64,000 nucleotides of DNA from positions 64,001 to 128,000 of the forward strand of contig CAVZSQ010000022.1 of the NCBI GenBank assembly GCA_963777955.1, given 5' to 3'. Shown here piece after piece: positions 31,869-42,836 of this stretch. The number at the start of each line of letters is the position of its first letter. The stretch's first letter is position 1. Origin of the DNA: Calditrichia bacterium. GTDB lineage: Bacteria > Calditrichota > Calditrichia > JAJRVZ01. The translations under genes and the position numbers were made by a program. The notes beneath the pieces are model-generated. The model did no database searches. It was not told where the DNA came from and saw only the letters and a program-made list of their open reading frames with translations.

Positions 31869-33950
31869 TTACTGCTGCAACACCACGCGAATAGTCTGTT
31901 CCAATTGTTTAATAGAAAAAGGTTTGGAGAGGAAACAATATTTATTTTGCGGTGCTTTATCCCCACTATACACCCGGGTTTGTGTATAGCCCGAACATAA
32001 AATTATTTTAATCGATGGTTTGATTTTTTTAATATGATCAGCCAGTTCATCTCCGCCCATTACCGGCATCACCATATCACTGATCAACAAATCAATCTTA
32101 TCAATCAAATTCTCAGCCACCACCATATCCAGTGCGCGCTCGCCGTCTTCTGCTTCGATAAGTTTATATCCCAGGGATTTCAGAGCACTTGATAACCAGC
32201 CCCGGACATGGGGATCATCTTCAACCAGCAGAATAGTTTCACCGGTTTGTTTAAATTGTATTTTTGTATCAATGATTGTATTCTCAACGCGGTTTTCGCT
32301 GGTAACAGGCCAGTAAATTTCAAAAATAGTTCCGATACCCACTTCACTTTCTACATGGATAGTGCCATTATTTTGTTTAACTATGCCATAAACTGTTGAC
32401 AAACCAAGCCCGGTCCCTTCACCATCTTTCTTGGTTGTATAGAATGGTTCAAATATCTTTTCCTTCATTGTTTCGTCCATGCCGATACCGGAATCCTCAA
32501 CGGCGATCAGCAGGAATTTCCCTTTATTGCCTTCAGGGTGATCCTCATCTGACTCCACATTTAACTCTCTCTGATCAGTCGTGATTTTGATACACTTCTT
32601 TTTTGATCTATCCTTGTCTATCATGATGGCATGATTGGCGTTTACTATAAGATTTATCATGATTTGTTGAATCTGGGCCGGATCGGCTTTTATATCGGGC
32701 AAATTTTTGCCCAGGTGCAACTCAAACTGGATATCTTCTTTTATCATCCGCGAGAGCATGCTGTGCAATTCGTTAATAGCCTGATTCAGGTTTATTATTT
32801 TCGGCTCGATCATTTGTCTGCGGCTGAAAGCAAGCAGATTACGGATCAACCCTTCTGCTCTTTTACTGCTATCAATAATATTCCTGATCTCCATGTGATG
32901 AATACTCGACTCATCCAGATCCATCAGCACAAGATCTGCATACCCTCTTATGGTGGTTAAAATATTATTGAAATCATGTGCAATACCGCCTGCCAGCAAT
33001 CCAATGGATTCCAGTTTTTGCGATCTGGTAAGTTGTTGCTCTAACTTCCGCCTCTCGGTGATGTCATGCAAAATACCCTGATAGGCAATGATTTCACCAT
33101 TCTCATTTCTAACCACTGTCGCCGTTTCCAGAACAGTGATTTTTTTCCCATCCTTACGTTTAAGTTTTAATTCGTAATTTTTTATATGACCCCGGATTTT
33201 CATCGTTTCTTTATAATTCGCTCTATCCTGTGTATGAATATAAAGATCCCGTCCGATGTTGATCTGCAATAATTCCTGGACCGATTCATAGCCGAATAAT
33301 TTTACACCCGCTGTATTGATTTCTAAAAGTTTACCCTCCGGTGTTGAAATAAAAACGACATCTTCAATCTCTGCAAAAAGGTTTTTATACTTCCTGTCCC
33401 GTAACAATTCGGATTGAGCCTGTTTTCTGCGCAGAAAAGATTGAGCTATGATCTGAGCGCACATTTCCAGGAGGTATTGTTCATCTCCGGAAAATAACCG
33501 CAGTTCCCCGACACGATCCACGCCGATAAAACCTATTACATCGTCCTGACTGCACAGGGGCCATAGCAGCATGGACTTAGTATTCTCAACTTCCATAATC
33601 GTTGTCAGGGTGCAGGATTTGGTCAGTAAATCGGAAGATGAGGTAATATGTATCGATTGTTTATTCAGGATTGCAGGCATTAGCCAGTGGAAATCTTCCT
33701 TGTCCACCTGTTCGTGCTGGCGGATTTTACCTTTGACCCCTTTTTGATAATAGTAGTGCGTTAACAGCAGGGAGGTTTTATTAATGAGATAAATATAACA
33801 CCGTTCAGTCTGCAGATAATCTGTAATTTCTTTTAAAGCTGCAGTAATCCTTTGATCAATTTTATCAGGATCCATACTGATAAATTCACTGGCCAGAGTT
33901 GACAAAAACCGCTCAATTTTTAGGCGTTCCTGATAATCTGATTTTTCCAC
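31869..33950 (-). CDS. Cytoplasmic hybrid sensor kinase (GAF-PAS-HisKA-HATPase-REC)
   Basis: LAGGIAHDFNN, NLIVNA, DSGIGM, FEPFYTTK, GTGLGL, LLVEDD, LLISDMVMP, FLSKPF. Confidence 0.93.
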   Translation of the reverse strand: MEKSDYQERLKIERFLSTLASEFISMDPDKIDQRITAALKEITDYLQTERCYIYLINKTSLLLTHYYYQKGVKGKIRQHEQVDKEDFHWLMPAILNKQSIHITSSSDLLTKSCTLTTIMEVENTKSMLLWPLCSQDDVIGFIGVDRVGELRLFSGDEQYLLEMCAQIIAQSFLRRKQAQSELLRDRKYKNLFAEIEDVVFISTPEGKLLEINTAGVKLFGYESVQELLQINIGRDLYIHTQDRANYKETMKIRGHIKNYELKLKRKDGKKITVLETATVVRNENGEIIAYQGILHDITERRKLEQQLTRSQKLESIGLLAGGIAHDFNNILTTIRGYADLVLMDLDESSIHHMEIRNIIDSSKRAEGLIRNLLAFSRRQMIEPKIINLNQAINELHSMLSRMIKEDIQFELHLGKNLPDIKADPAQIQQIMINLIVNANHAIMIDKDRSKKKCIKITTDQRELNVESDEDHPEGNKGKFLLIAVEDSGIGMDETMKEKIFEPFYTTKKDGEGTGLGLSTVYGIVKQNNGTIHVESEVGIGTIFEIYWPVTSENRVENTIIDTKIQFKQTGETILLVEDDPHVRGWLSSALKSLGYKLIEAEDGERALDMVVAENLIDKIDLLISDMVMPVMGGDELADHIKKIKPSIKIILCSGYTQTRVYSGDKAPQNKYCFLSKPFSIKQLEQTIRVVLQQ

Positions 33951-33994
33951 TCAAACCACTCCGCCGGCATTTTTGGTAATGCGCATATAAAAAG

Positions 33995-36900
33995 TTACCT
34001 GCATAAAATCATTTTTATAAACTTAATGTACTTTCCGGTTTTTAACTGCAGAAAATAAATACCGGAGGATACCTGCTCTCCGGCTGCACTGGTACCATAC
34101 CATTCAAGCTGGTAAAAACCGGCCTCCATTTTTACTCCGCTTAGTAAGGTGTTTATTTTCTGACCTAAAATATTATAGATATTGATCGTAACTATGCTCG
34201 CTTCAGGAATACTAAACTTAATTGTTGTTCCGGGATTGAATGGATTAGGGTAGTTCTGCTCGAGATTCCAGGTCAGGGGCAGTTGTTGGAAATTTGACCT
34301 GGCCAGGGCGATATACTGTTCCGTTCCAATAATTATTTTATACCGGCTTTGCTGCTCCGTTGTCTGAATGACCCTCTGCGGATAATAGATGCCTTTATCT
34401 TCTGATACGACGATCCAATCGTAATCATCCGGAAGATTCTCCTCGCGAAAAGATATTTTGATTTGTTCTTCGATATTAGCGGACACTTCGAATTCAAAAA
34501 CATATTGTCCCAGCGCCAATCCGCGGTAATCTGTAGAATACTTTTCGGACGTATTAGGTGGTGCCAGCTTGAGTGAAATATATGTGCCGATCGGCAGAGG
34601 CTCAGGATAATCACAATAATCGATGCCCGCTGTTGCCTGTTTAAATGCACCCACATAATTAAACAGGTCTCTGGCCTGTGCCGATTCGGCTGAAAGTTGA
34701 ATACGCCATCCGTCAACAGCCTGGTTTTGAGACTTTTCTGTCGATTTCAGCACAGCTGCAGCATCCTGCGGAGGTATGAGCAAGACCGTATCTTTGGGTA
34801 CATGTATCGCATATCCCTTGAAGGGTTCGAGTAAAGTGGCGAAAGGCCAGTCCGAACCATCATAGTAGCGCAGGGCTATTTCTGTGCTGACCTGGTTCCA
34901 GGCAACCGGAAAGGCAAACGGGGTGGCAATCAAATTCCAACCCTGCTGTAATTGCAGTTCAAAATTTTGATCGGTGCTTATGGTCTGTGCTGCTGATACG
35001 ATCAAATCCTTTTCCTCTCTGGTAATCAGCCAGATGGCTTTTCCCGGGGAGAGTGTTTTATTCATGCTGGCAATTTCCGTGTAGTGCGTGCCAGCCGTTA
35101 ATTCGTAGATTCTGTATTTTGTATTATCATAAGGACCTAATTCATCTTCAAATAACTCCTGCAAATCCTGGCCGGATGTCGCCAGCGGTACAGAAATCAT
35201 CTGGTATATTTCTTTTTTGGTTTGCCAGGGAAAGTGTATTTGAGGTACAATCACCTGGATGGCATTAGGATTATCCTGGCCATTGGCCGGATAATAGGTT
35301 GAAGTCAAACCCCGCTGGACCTGGACATAGTATTCCAGACCGCGTTCGGTAACCAGAGAGAGCATCTATCTGTGCTGACCAGTTTTCGCTGCTTTGTTGA
35401 TTCAGGGACAATCGTGTGTAGTTGATACTCCCGCCTGTTCTGACCAGAACAAAAGCAGAATCAGGAGAGGGTGATCCCGGTAATGGTAAAGCTTATAATA
35501 GCAGATTGTCCGTCGGTAAATTGATTGCTGGAATGCAGCGGATCGAATGATATGGTAAATCTGACTGGAATTATAACCCCCGCCCGGAACAGCGGTACGA
35601 TCAGTACGGAATCAATGGGATCATTGCTCCTGATTCTCAGGTCAGCCGGTTTATGCTTGTCCTAGCGGGTGAAAATTAATTTTAATCTCCGCCGAATCCT
35701 CAGGGGCTGAACTGTAATATCTTCAGTTTGTTTTCGATCATAAATGCAGCGGTCTGGCTGCCTGTAATGGAGAGAGCGTCGCAGGGGATGATCAACTCGC
35801 CTGGCCCTTATTATGGATATAAAGAGTTTTTATGAATCCCGGTCTATTAATACCTGTCCAAAATCCAATTCTGTTGCCGATAAAATGATTTTCTGCGGCA
35901 ATCCCCGTACCGCTCAGGTCAACCCATATTTTATTTCTATACGGGTCGTTTGAATGAATCACAACCTGGGCCGTCGACCAGACCTGTGCTGATGGGGGTA
36001 AAGCCAATCTGCACATGCAAAGTGCTATCCGGCATAATAGTCGCGGTGAATTCCGGGGGTATATCAATGAGTCTGAATCTTAAACTATCCAAAGGCTGGC
36101 CGGTAATCTTAAGACTGTCTATGATCAGCAGATCATTACCTGAATTTCCGATAATCAGATTAAGCAAACTATCCGCATGGCAGCACGACATTTCCAAAGT
36201 TCAGTTCAGTGGCCGACAGGTTAATTTCAGCGACAGTACCGTTGCCGTGCAGATCCACCGATATTCGGTTCTTGAACGGATCGTTTGATCGGATCACGAG
36301 CTGAGCCGCGACCAGACCCGTTCTGAGCGGAGTGAAGCCGATTTGTACCATCAGAGTGCTGTCCGGCATCAGGGTTGTGGGAAACTCCGCAGGCAGATTG
36401 ATGATTTCAAAGCAGATACTGTCCGGATGCTGGCCGGTAATTTTAAGACTGTCTATGATCAGCAGGTCATGACCTGCATTTCCGATAATCAGATTGAGAG
36501 AGGAATCGGAAAAAACGGGAACATTTCCAAAATCCAGCATTTGCGGTTCCACATATATGGACGATGCTGAGCCTTCCCCCTTGATGGAGACGGCTATACG
36601 CCTTTTATCCGGATCATTACTAAATAGAATCAGTGAATCCTGGAAAATTACCGGCAAGTCCGGTTCAAAAATCACGGTGATACTATCCAATAACTCAGGA
36701 CCGATTACCAGAGAGGATTTGCTTAAAGTGAAGACGGAATCGGCGAGTAACATCATATTCAGACGAAGAGTATCACTCCCCGAATTAAGGATTGGTAAAA
36801 ACAGAGAATCAGAATTCCCAATGGTCACCTTGTTAAAAACAATTTCCGGTAACAGCACATTCAGCTCTGCTGCAATTCCCTCACCACTGAGCGGGATATG

Positions 36901-38130
36901 AACATCGCCATGCGTTACAGTCCGCAGTATTAAATCAGCCTGAAATAGCGAGTCCTGGTCGGGCTGGAATGAAGTCTTTAATTCCAGGCTGTCTGCATAG
37001 GGGACAAAGAAATTTTGTTTATCCGCTGTAAAGACCTGTGCATTATCACCCTGAAAAATAATTTCAGATACATTTATCCCCGAATCGCGGTAGTTGAGAA
37101 TATTCGCAGCAATTGAAGTAGTGCTATCATACGGAACTTTACCGAATGAAATATTCTGCGGCTTTACATACAGGGGCGGATACCAGCCAAATGCTGCCGG
37201 TCCGCCGTAGGCACCCATATCGTTAAGTTTACCCTTAAGGGAAGGAGGAAAATATTTATCATCGTAGGCAGCATCGGGATTACCGGCATCTATACAGGGT
37301 GATTGCATTGGTAAGATATATCGCTCAAGATCGTTAAACCCGGGAACGGAATTAATATTGCCCGTACCGGGATAAACTAATGCCCCCTGAACAGCACTAT
37401 AGGTCACATCCGGAACGTTGTCGACTATATAGATCTGAGAATTATTATAAAAAACAATTGAATTTATAACGGTAAGGGCCCCCTTCTGACAACTGATACC
37501 GATGTTGTGATTGTTGGCAATTACCGTATTCAACAAGGTGATCGCATCATTCTTATTCGTGGAGAGGATACCATCGAGTGAATTATCCGAAATTATTGAA
37601 TTCGAAGCGCCGATTTGTGCAGAATTCAGATATATACCGTTATTCGTATTATGACTTATTACACAATATTTTATTTCGATATTTGTATTTCTTAAATGGA
37701 TCCCATCGCCATTGTTATGGACAATTTTACAATTCGATATTACCGGTATGCTTTGATCAATATATATACCCTGACTCAGGGCACCCTCAATCCGGCAATA
37801 AATGAGATAAGAGGCCACCGAGGTGTTTTTAAAGTTAATACCCGGCCAGCCCGCAGTATTTGAAGAATCAGGTTTAAAAACAATGGAATCACTATAAAAT
37901 CCATGGGCCTGGAGAGTACCATTAACCTCAAATTTATAAGTAGAATCGAATATAACTGTCACGCCTGCCTGAATGGTCAGGTCATCGATGGTGATATCCC
38001 CTTTGATGATATACGGTGAATTCTCAGCAGTCCAGATATCGCCGTCGAGAGTATCCTGGAATACAATCGTCTGGGCAACCAGGAGATTGACTAAGACCAG
38101 AGATAAAAATATTGAATATCTTAATTTCAT
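33995..38130 (-). CDS. Large secreted protein: parallel beta-helix, ASH/choice-of-anchor-D Ig repeats and type A-like CTD; heavily frameshifted 35365-36200
   Basis: WTAENSPY, N-G-I repeats, SPCIDAG, DMGAYGG, repeated FG.V...I.N.G...L...SNDP, QNYPNPFNPGT...KMILCR. Confidence 0.78.
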
Positions 38131-38144
38131 GATCTCTTTTTTAT

Positions 38145-38745
38145 TTATGGTAACGGCGGAGGCGCCGGTAATGGCTGATTTGTGTTATTGTTTTCTGCGC
38201 CAGCGGAAGATGTGGCGACCAGGACAATAATGGCAGTGACTGCGACACCACCGGCACCCAGCCAAATCCATGGCTTTATACCGGCTTTCTGCTGAGCTTG
38301 CTGAGCTGACTCAGCCTGTTCAGCCTGCAACCTGGCATATTCTATTCTGGTTTCATTCACCAGATCGACAAAGCGGGGGGATTCTTGTTCAAGAGTAGGT
38401 TGATAAGCCGGGTCGAGTTTCAGTAACAACAGCAGGGTTTCTTTTGCTGATTCGAATTCTTCCAGAGTTAAGATACGATCGTGCTAGAATCTTATGGGCA
38501 CGGATACGATCATCCATACTCAGCAAGGAATCGGTCAGACATTGCCGAGTTAGCGTTATGGATTGCTGCGGATTCCCGTTATAATAACTCTCTTCGGCCT
38601 GATCCAATTTTGCTTTAGCGGAGGACTGCTCATCGGCAGCAATCAGCTTTGGCATCCCATTAATTAGCTGCATATAAAGTAGCAGCCAGCAAAGCAATAA
38701 TCGTATCAGGCGCATACTATATTCGCTAATACTTTTGAGCATCAT
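38145..38745 (-). CDS. Exported TPR-like helical protein with C-terminal hydrophobic anchor, frameshift near 38465
   Basis: Signal peptide, AEESYYNG, AHKILARSYL, LKLDPAY, WIWLGAGGVAVTAIIVLV, PLPAPPPLP. Confidence 0.6.
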
Positions 38746-38800
38746 AACTTTTTGTAGAAAGTGCCAAAATGCACCTTTTTTTCCACTATACACCAAGATT

Positions 38801-41047
38801 CTAGTTCCCCTTCTTTAAAATAAATTTCAGAGAATTATCAACGCCTGTATCTACTAAAATCTCTTTTTCCCCGCCCTCGGTATAATAACCATCCTTTTTT
38901 ACGCCGACTTTATGCAGGCCAACCCGCAGTAAAATTTCACCGGGCCTGCTTTGCTCAATTTTCTTTCCATCAACGTAAATTTCCCCGTTAAGCATATTAT
39001 TCTGATCATCGACCGTTTTTACCTGCAGCGGCAGTTCCTGAGTAAAATTGACGATCACATTTGTTTCCTTATCCCCCTGGACTTGTACCGTTTTCTGCCA
39101 GATACCCAGAGTCGGATGTTCGACCCTGACGTTGTACTGCTCGACCGGCAATCTGACTGTATACTTTATATCCGCTGAAGACTTATGTAATTGGTTGTTT
39201 AGGTAAATCGATCCCCACGGCCTTACCTGGATGTTCAGATTCCCCTCCTGGCGAACCAGTTTAGCGTCAATTGTGTAAGTTTCATTGCGCACAATTTCAA
39301 TTTCTTCCGTAAAGGATGCATAACCAGGATTGGAAACTTCCAGGTGGTGTTTTCCTATGGGCAGACTACTGATATTAAGTACAGGTAAATTTTGCCCATT
39401 CATTTTTTTACCATCCAACAGCACTGTGGCCGATGATGGATCTTTTGTTACAGCTAATCCGCCGCTCAAAGGTGTAAGTTTGGCGTTAATGTTCTGATTG
39501 TTTCCGGCAACAAGTTGCAGATCCTCGGAGTATTTTTCATACCCTTCCCGGCGAATCTCCACCAGGTAAGTCCCCTGGGAAATCCTGTGCAACTGGAGCG
39601 GGGTTTTCCCCTGGAGTTCTCCATTCAACCAGATCTCGGAATCGGACGGATCCGCCTGGATGGATAAGTCAGCAAAGACAGGAGTTGTGGTTATTTGTTC
39701 TGGCGCGGTCGTCTGGACTTCCTGAACAGGGATTTGCCTGTCTTCAATCTCCGGCAATGTAAAAACCAAGGCCACATCGCTGTCTTTGGTTAAAAAAATA
39801 GTTGTATCGAGTGAATTATAATCAGCTTTACTTATTTTCAATGAATATTGACCGGCTGGTAATGAATGATTTTTTATAGGAGTCTGACCAAGCGAATCTC
39901 CATTCAGGATAATCCAGGCGGATACGGGAATACTTGAAATAGTCAGGCGGGGACGCAGCTGGTCATCCTGAACCTGTCTGGTTAGCGCTGAGGCGCCTGG
40001 AAAAAACTTATCTTTAAATAAAATTAATACAAGAATAGCGATAAAGATTAACGCACCAGCCAACTTTAGTACGGGTAGTTTTTTTCCGCGAATGACCGGT
40101 TCGACAGTTTTTTGTGGTAAGGGGCTGTCCATCCTCCTAATAGGTTCATCATGAACCACGGGCACTTGCGCGATCTGTTCTTTGCTTTCTGTCTGCTCTT
40201 TACCGGCAAGATCATACTTCTTTTCGAATTGCTGAATAGCCTGCATCATATCGTCTGCCGTCTGAAATCGGTCATCCGGATTCTTACTGATGGACTTCAT
40301 GATGATCATTTCTAATTCTGCAGGTATTGTAGGATTAATCGATCGCGGGTTCTCAAATTCTTTACGGATAATTGTTTCGCGTATATCAAAATCTGATTTA
40401 ATATTCAGGAAGGGAACAATTCCGGTGAGCATTTCATAGAAAGTCATGCCGATGGAATAAAGATCGCTGCGGGCATCTATAAATGAAAAACCTTTCACGT
40501 GTTCGGGTGACATATAGTATAAAGTTCCGCCGCTGGTAGCCGATACGGTTTGGGAATTAGTGGTCTGATCCTTAGCCAGGCCAAAATCGGTAATTTTAAC
40601 GATGCCTTTGTCGCTGATCATGATATTATTGGGTTTAATATCACGGTGGATGATACCGGCTTCATGAGCATGGCCGATTGCTCCAAGAACCTGCTTAATA
40701 ATGGGCAGTGCTTCCAGCCAGTGGAAAGCGCCGTCTTTTAAAATTTTATCGGTCAGGGTGATGCCCTGTACAAATTCCATCACAATGAACCATTGGTCAT
40801 CGACCGAGCGTAAATCATAGATGCGGACAATATTAGGATCTTCGAATTTTGCCAGGGCTTTCGCCTCGGTTTGGAAACGTTTGATAAAATGCTCGTTCAT
40901 GGACAGGCCCGGGGCAATTATTTTCAGAGCAAATACTTTATCCAGCTTAATATGGATGGCCTTAAAAACAACGCCCATGCCGCCGATTCCCAGTCTTTCC
41001 AGGATGCGGTAATTATCTAATACTTTTCCGATGAACGAAGAATACAT
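38801..41047 (-). CDS. Hanks-type Ser/Thr kinase with TM helix and periplasmic PEGA repeats
   Basis: GIGGMG, ALK, HRDIKPNN, DFGLA, GTLYYMSPE, SDLYSIG; TM helix; repeated S.P..A.I.LNG...G.TP. Confidence 0.93.
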   Translation of the reverse strand: MYSSFIGKVLDNYRILERLGIGGMGVVFKAIHIKLDKVFALKIIAPGLSMNEHFIKRFQTEAKALAKFEDPNIVRIYDLRSVDDQWFIVMEFVQGITLTDKILKDGAFHWLEALPIIKQVLGAIGHAHEAGIIHRDIKPNNIMISDKGIVKITDFGLAKDQTTNSQTVSATSGGTLYYMSPEHVKGFSFIDARSDLYSIGMTFYEMLTGIVPFLNIKSDFDIRETIIRKEFENPRSINPTIPAELEMIIMKSISKNPDDRFQTADDMMQAIQQFEKKYDLAGKEQTESKEQIAQVPVVHDEPIRRMDSPLPQKTVEPVIRGKKLPVLKLAGALIFIAILVLILFKDKFFPGASALTRQVQDDQLRPRLTISSIPVSAWIILNGDSLGQTPIKNHSLPAGQYSLKISKADYNSLDTTIFLTKDSDVALVFTLPEIEDRQIPVQEVQTTAPEQITTTPVFADLSIQADPSDSEIWLNGELQGKTPLQLHRISQGTYLVEIRREGYEKYSEDLQLVAGNNQNINAKLTPLSGGLAVTKDPSSATVLLDGKKMNGQNLPVLNISSLPIGKHHLEVSNPGYASFTEEIEIVRNETYTIDAKLVRQEGNLNIQVRPWGSIYLNNQLHKSSADIKYTVRLPVEQYNVRVEHPTLGIWQKTVQVQGDKETNVIVNFTQELPLQVKTVDDQNNMLNGEIYVDGKKIEQSRPGEILLRVGLHKVGVKKDGYYTEGGEKEILVDTGVDNSLKFILKKGN

Positions 41048-41228
41048 ATTTTTATGTTAAAATTACCTGCCTTAAATCCAACATTCCTATTCTATTGTTT
41101 TATCGTCAAAAAAAAGGATAAGTTTATATTGGATTTTAGTTTTTAAGCCGAATAAGCTATAAAAGAATGAAGCACTTACAGGAATAGGAAGGTATTAAAT
41201 ATGGATGGTATTTTGCCACTTAAAAGAG

Positions 41229-41407
41229 TTACACGGAGAGACACGGAGTAGGCACGGAGAAAATAATTTTAAGGTTAAAAGATTTGAATGCGGTCATCGA
41301 GCAGTTCTGATCACCTATGAAAAGTGAATTCCAAGCACTGATTAGTGAATGTTAATTATCAAATCCTTAAATTTTTCTCCGTGCCTACTCCGTGTCTCTC
41401 CGTGTAA
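41229..41407 (+). repeat. CACGGAG-terminal inverted-repeat element, copy D, perfect 35-bp TIR
   Basis: TTACACGGAGAGACACGGAGTAGGCACGGAGAAAA and its exact reverse complement at the right end. Confidence 0.88.
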
Positions 41408-41512
41408 TTATTTACCCCAAACGCCAAATTGCAAATCCATCCCCTTTTTACTATATTTAATCAAAGTTTCAGCGGGTTTCGGCAACGCCGATTAAATTAA
41501 AATGGAATCATC

Positions 41513-42811
41513 ATGAAACGGGCCCTTCAGGTTCTGATCTTCGTCTCGCTGGTCATGATTTCCATCATAATATATTACCTGAGTCATGATTATGAAGCGG
41601 GTGATAGCGTAAAAAAAATTTATTTTGCCGATAATATATCCGCTGCCCACCAGAAACTGATCGACAAATTCAACCAGGAATATCAGGGACGCATTGAAGT
41701 CTTTCCGGTCAATCTGCCCTTCTCCAAATTCAGTACCAATGAACGTAAAGAGTTGCTGGCCCGTTCCCTGCGCAGCAAAAGCGACCGCATCGATGTCTTT
41801 GCCGTCGATTTGATCTGGGTACCCCGTTTTTCCCGCTGGGCTGAATCACTGGACATGTATTTTCCGGCTGAGCAGCACGGTTCGATCATCCCTAATGCCA
41901 TCGAATCGTGTTATTTTAACGGTCAGCTGGTCGGATTTCCTTTTTATATCGATGTGGGTCTGATGTACTACCGTAAAGATATGCTGCAACAACTAGCCGA
42001 TTATCCGTATTGGGAAAAAAAGATACAAGCATCGCTGACCTGGCCGGAACTGCTGACCTTAGCCAAATATCTGCATTCGCCGCAGGGATTCAGTTATATT
42101 TTTGCCGCTGATAATTATGAAGGCCTGGTTTGCAGTTTCCTGGATCTGCTGGTCAGCCAGCGAAGTTCGATTATGAGCGGGGACTCGGTCGACCTGGTTA
42201 CTGCTCCGGCCATTCGTTCACTGCAGTTACTGGTAGATCTGGTCAATACCTACAAAATCACGCCCCCGGCAGTGACTTCTCTTGATGAATATCATACGTA
42301 TCTCTATGCCTTGCGCTTTGATATTCCGTTCCTGCGCGGCTGGCCGGGCGCTAAAACCCAGTACCGTAATACGATTGAAAACGGGGAGAAGTTGAATTTA
42401 TTGGAATTTGCCCCCTTGCCCCATTTTGAAGAGGCGAACCGCACCTTTGTACTGGGCGGTTGGAACCTGATGATTCCCAGGTATTCCCGCCGGAAAACGG
42501 AATCACTGGAATTCATACGCTTTATCCTTCGTCCGGAAAATCAAAAGATATTATATAAGGAAGGCGGATTTATACCGGTCATAAGTGAGATGTATGCCGA
42601 TCAGGAATTTATTAAAGATAATCCGGAACTCAGCCGCTATCAGGCTCTGATCGAACAGGGTTTTCATCGCCCCAAGCTGGTGGATTATACCAAAATTTCG
42701 GATGCGATTTCATATTACAGCAACCTGGCAATCCAGGGACAGTTGACTGTCCCGGAAGCACTGCAGCGAGCCACCCATACTATTAACCAGAATCGCACGG
42801 TGATCAAATAA
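41513..42811 (+). CDS. Sugar-type extracellular solute-binding protein with N-terminal membrane anchor
   Basis: DVFAVDLIWVPRF, GFPFYIDVGLMYYRKD, YEGLVCSF, LGGWNL. Confidence 0.88.
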   Translation: MKRALQVLIFVSLVMISIIIYYLSHDYEAGDSVKKIYFADNISAAHQKLIDKFNQEYQGRIEVFPVNLPFSKFSTNERKELLARSLRSKSDRIDVFAVDLIWVPRFSRWAESLDMYFPAEQHGSIIPNAIESCYFNGQLVGFPFYIDVGLMYYRKDMLQQLADYPYWEKKIQASLTWPELLTLAKYLHSPQGFSYIFAADNYEGLVCSFLDLLVSQRSSIMSGDSVDLVTAPAIRSLQLLVDLVNTYKITPPAVTSLDEYHTYLYALRFDIPFLRGWPGAKTQYRNTIENGEKLNLLEFAPLPHFEEANRTFVLGGWNLMIPRYSRRKTESLEFIRFILRPENQKILYKEGGFIPVISEMYADQEFIKDNPELSRYQALIEQGFHRPKLVDYTKISDAISYYSNLAIQGQLTVPEALQRATHTINQNRTVIK

Positions 42812-42836
42812 CCGAAAATAAAACAGCGAGATATAA

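Noticed and set aside
38750..38770. TGGCAC on the minus strand as a sigma54 promoter
   Set aside because: No TTGC-like -12 element at the required spacing.
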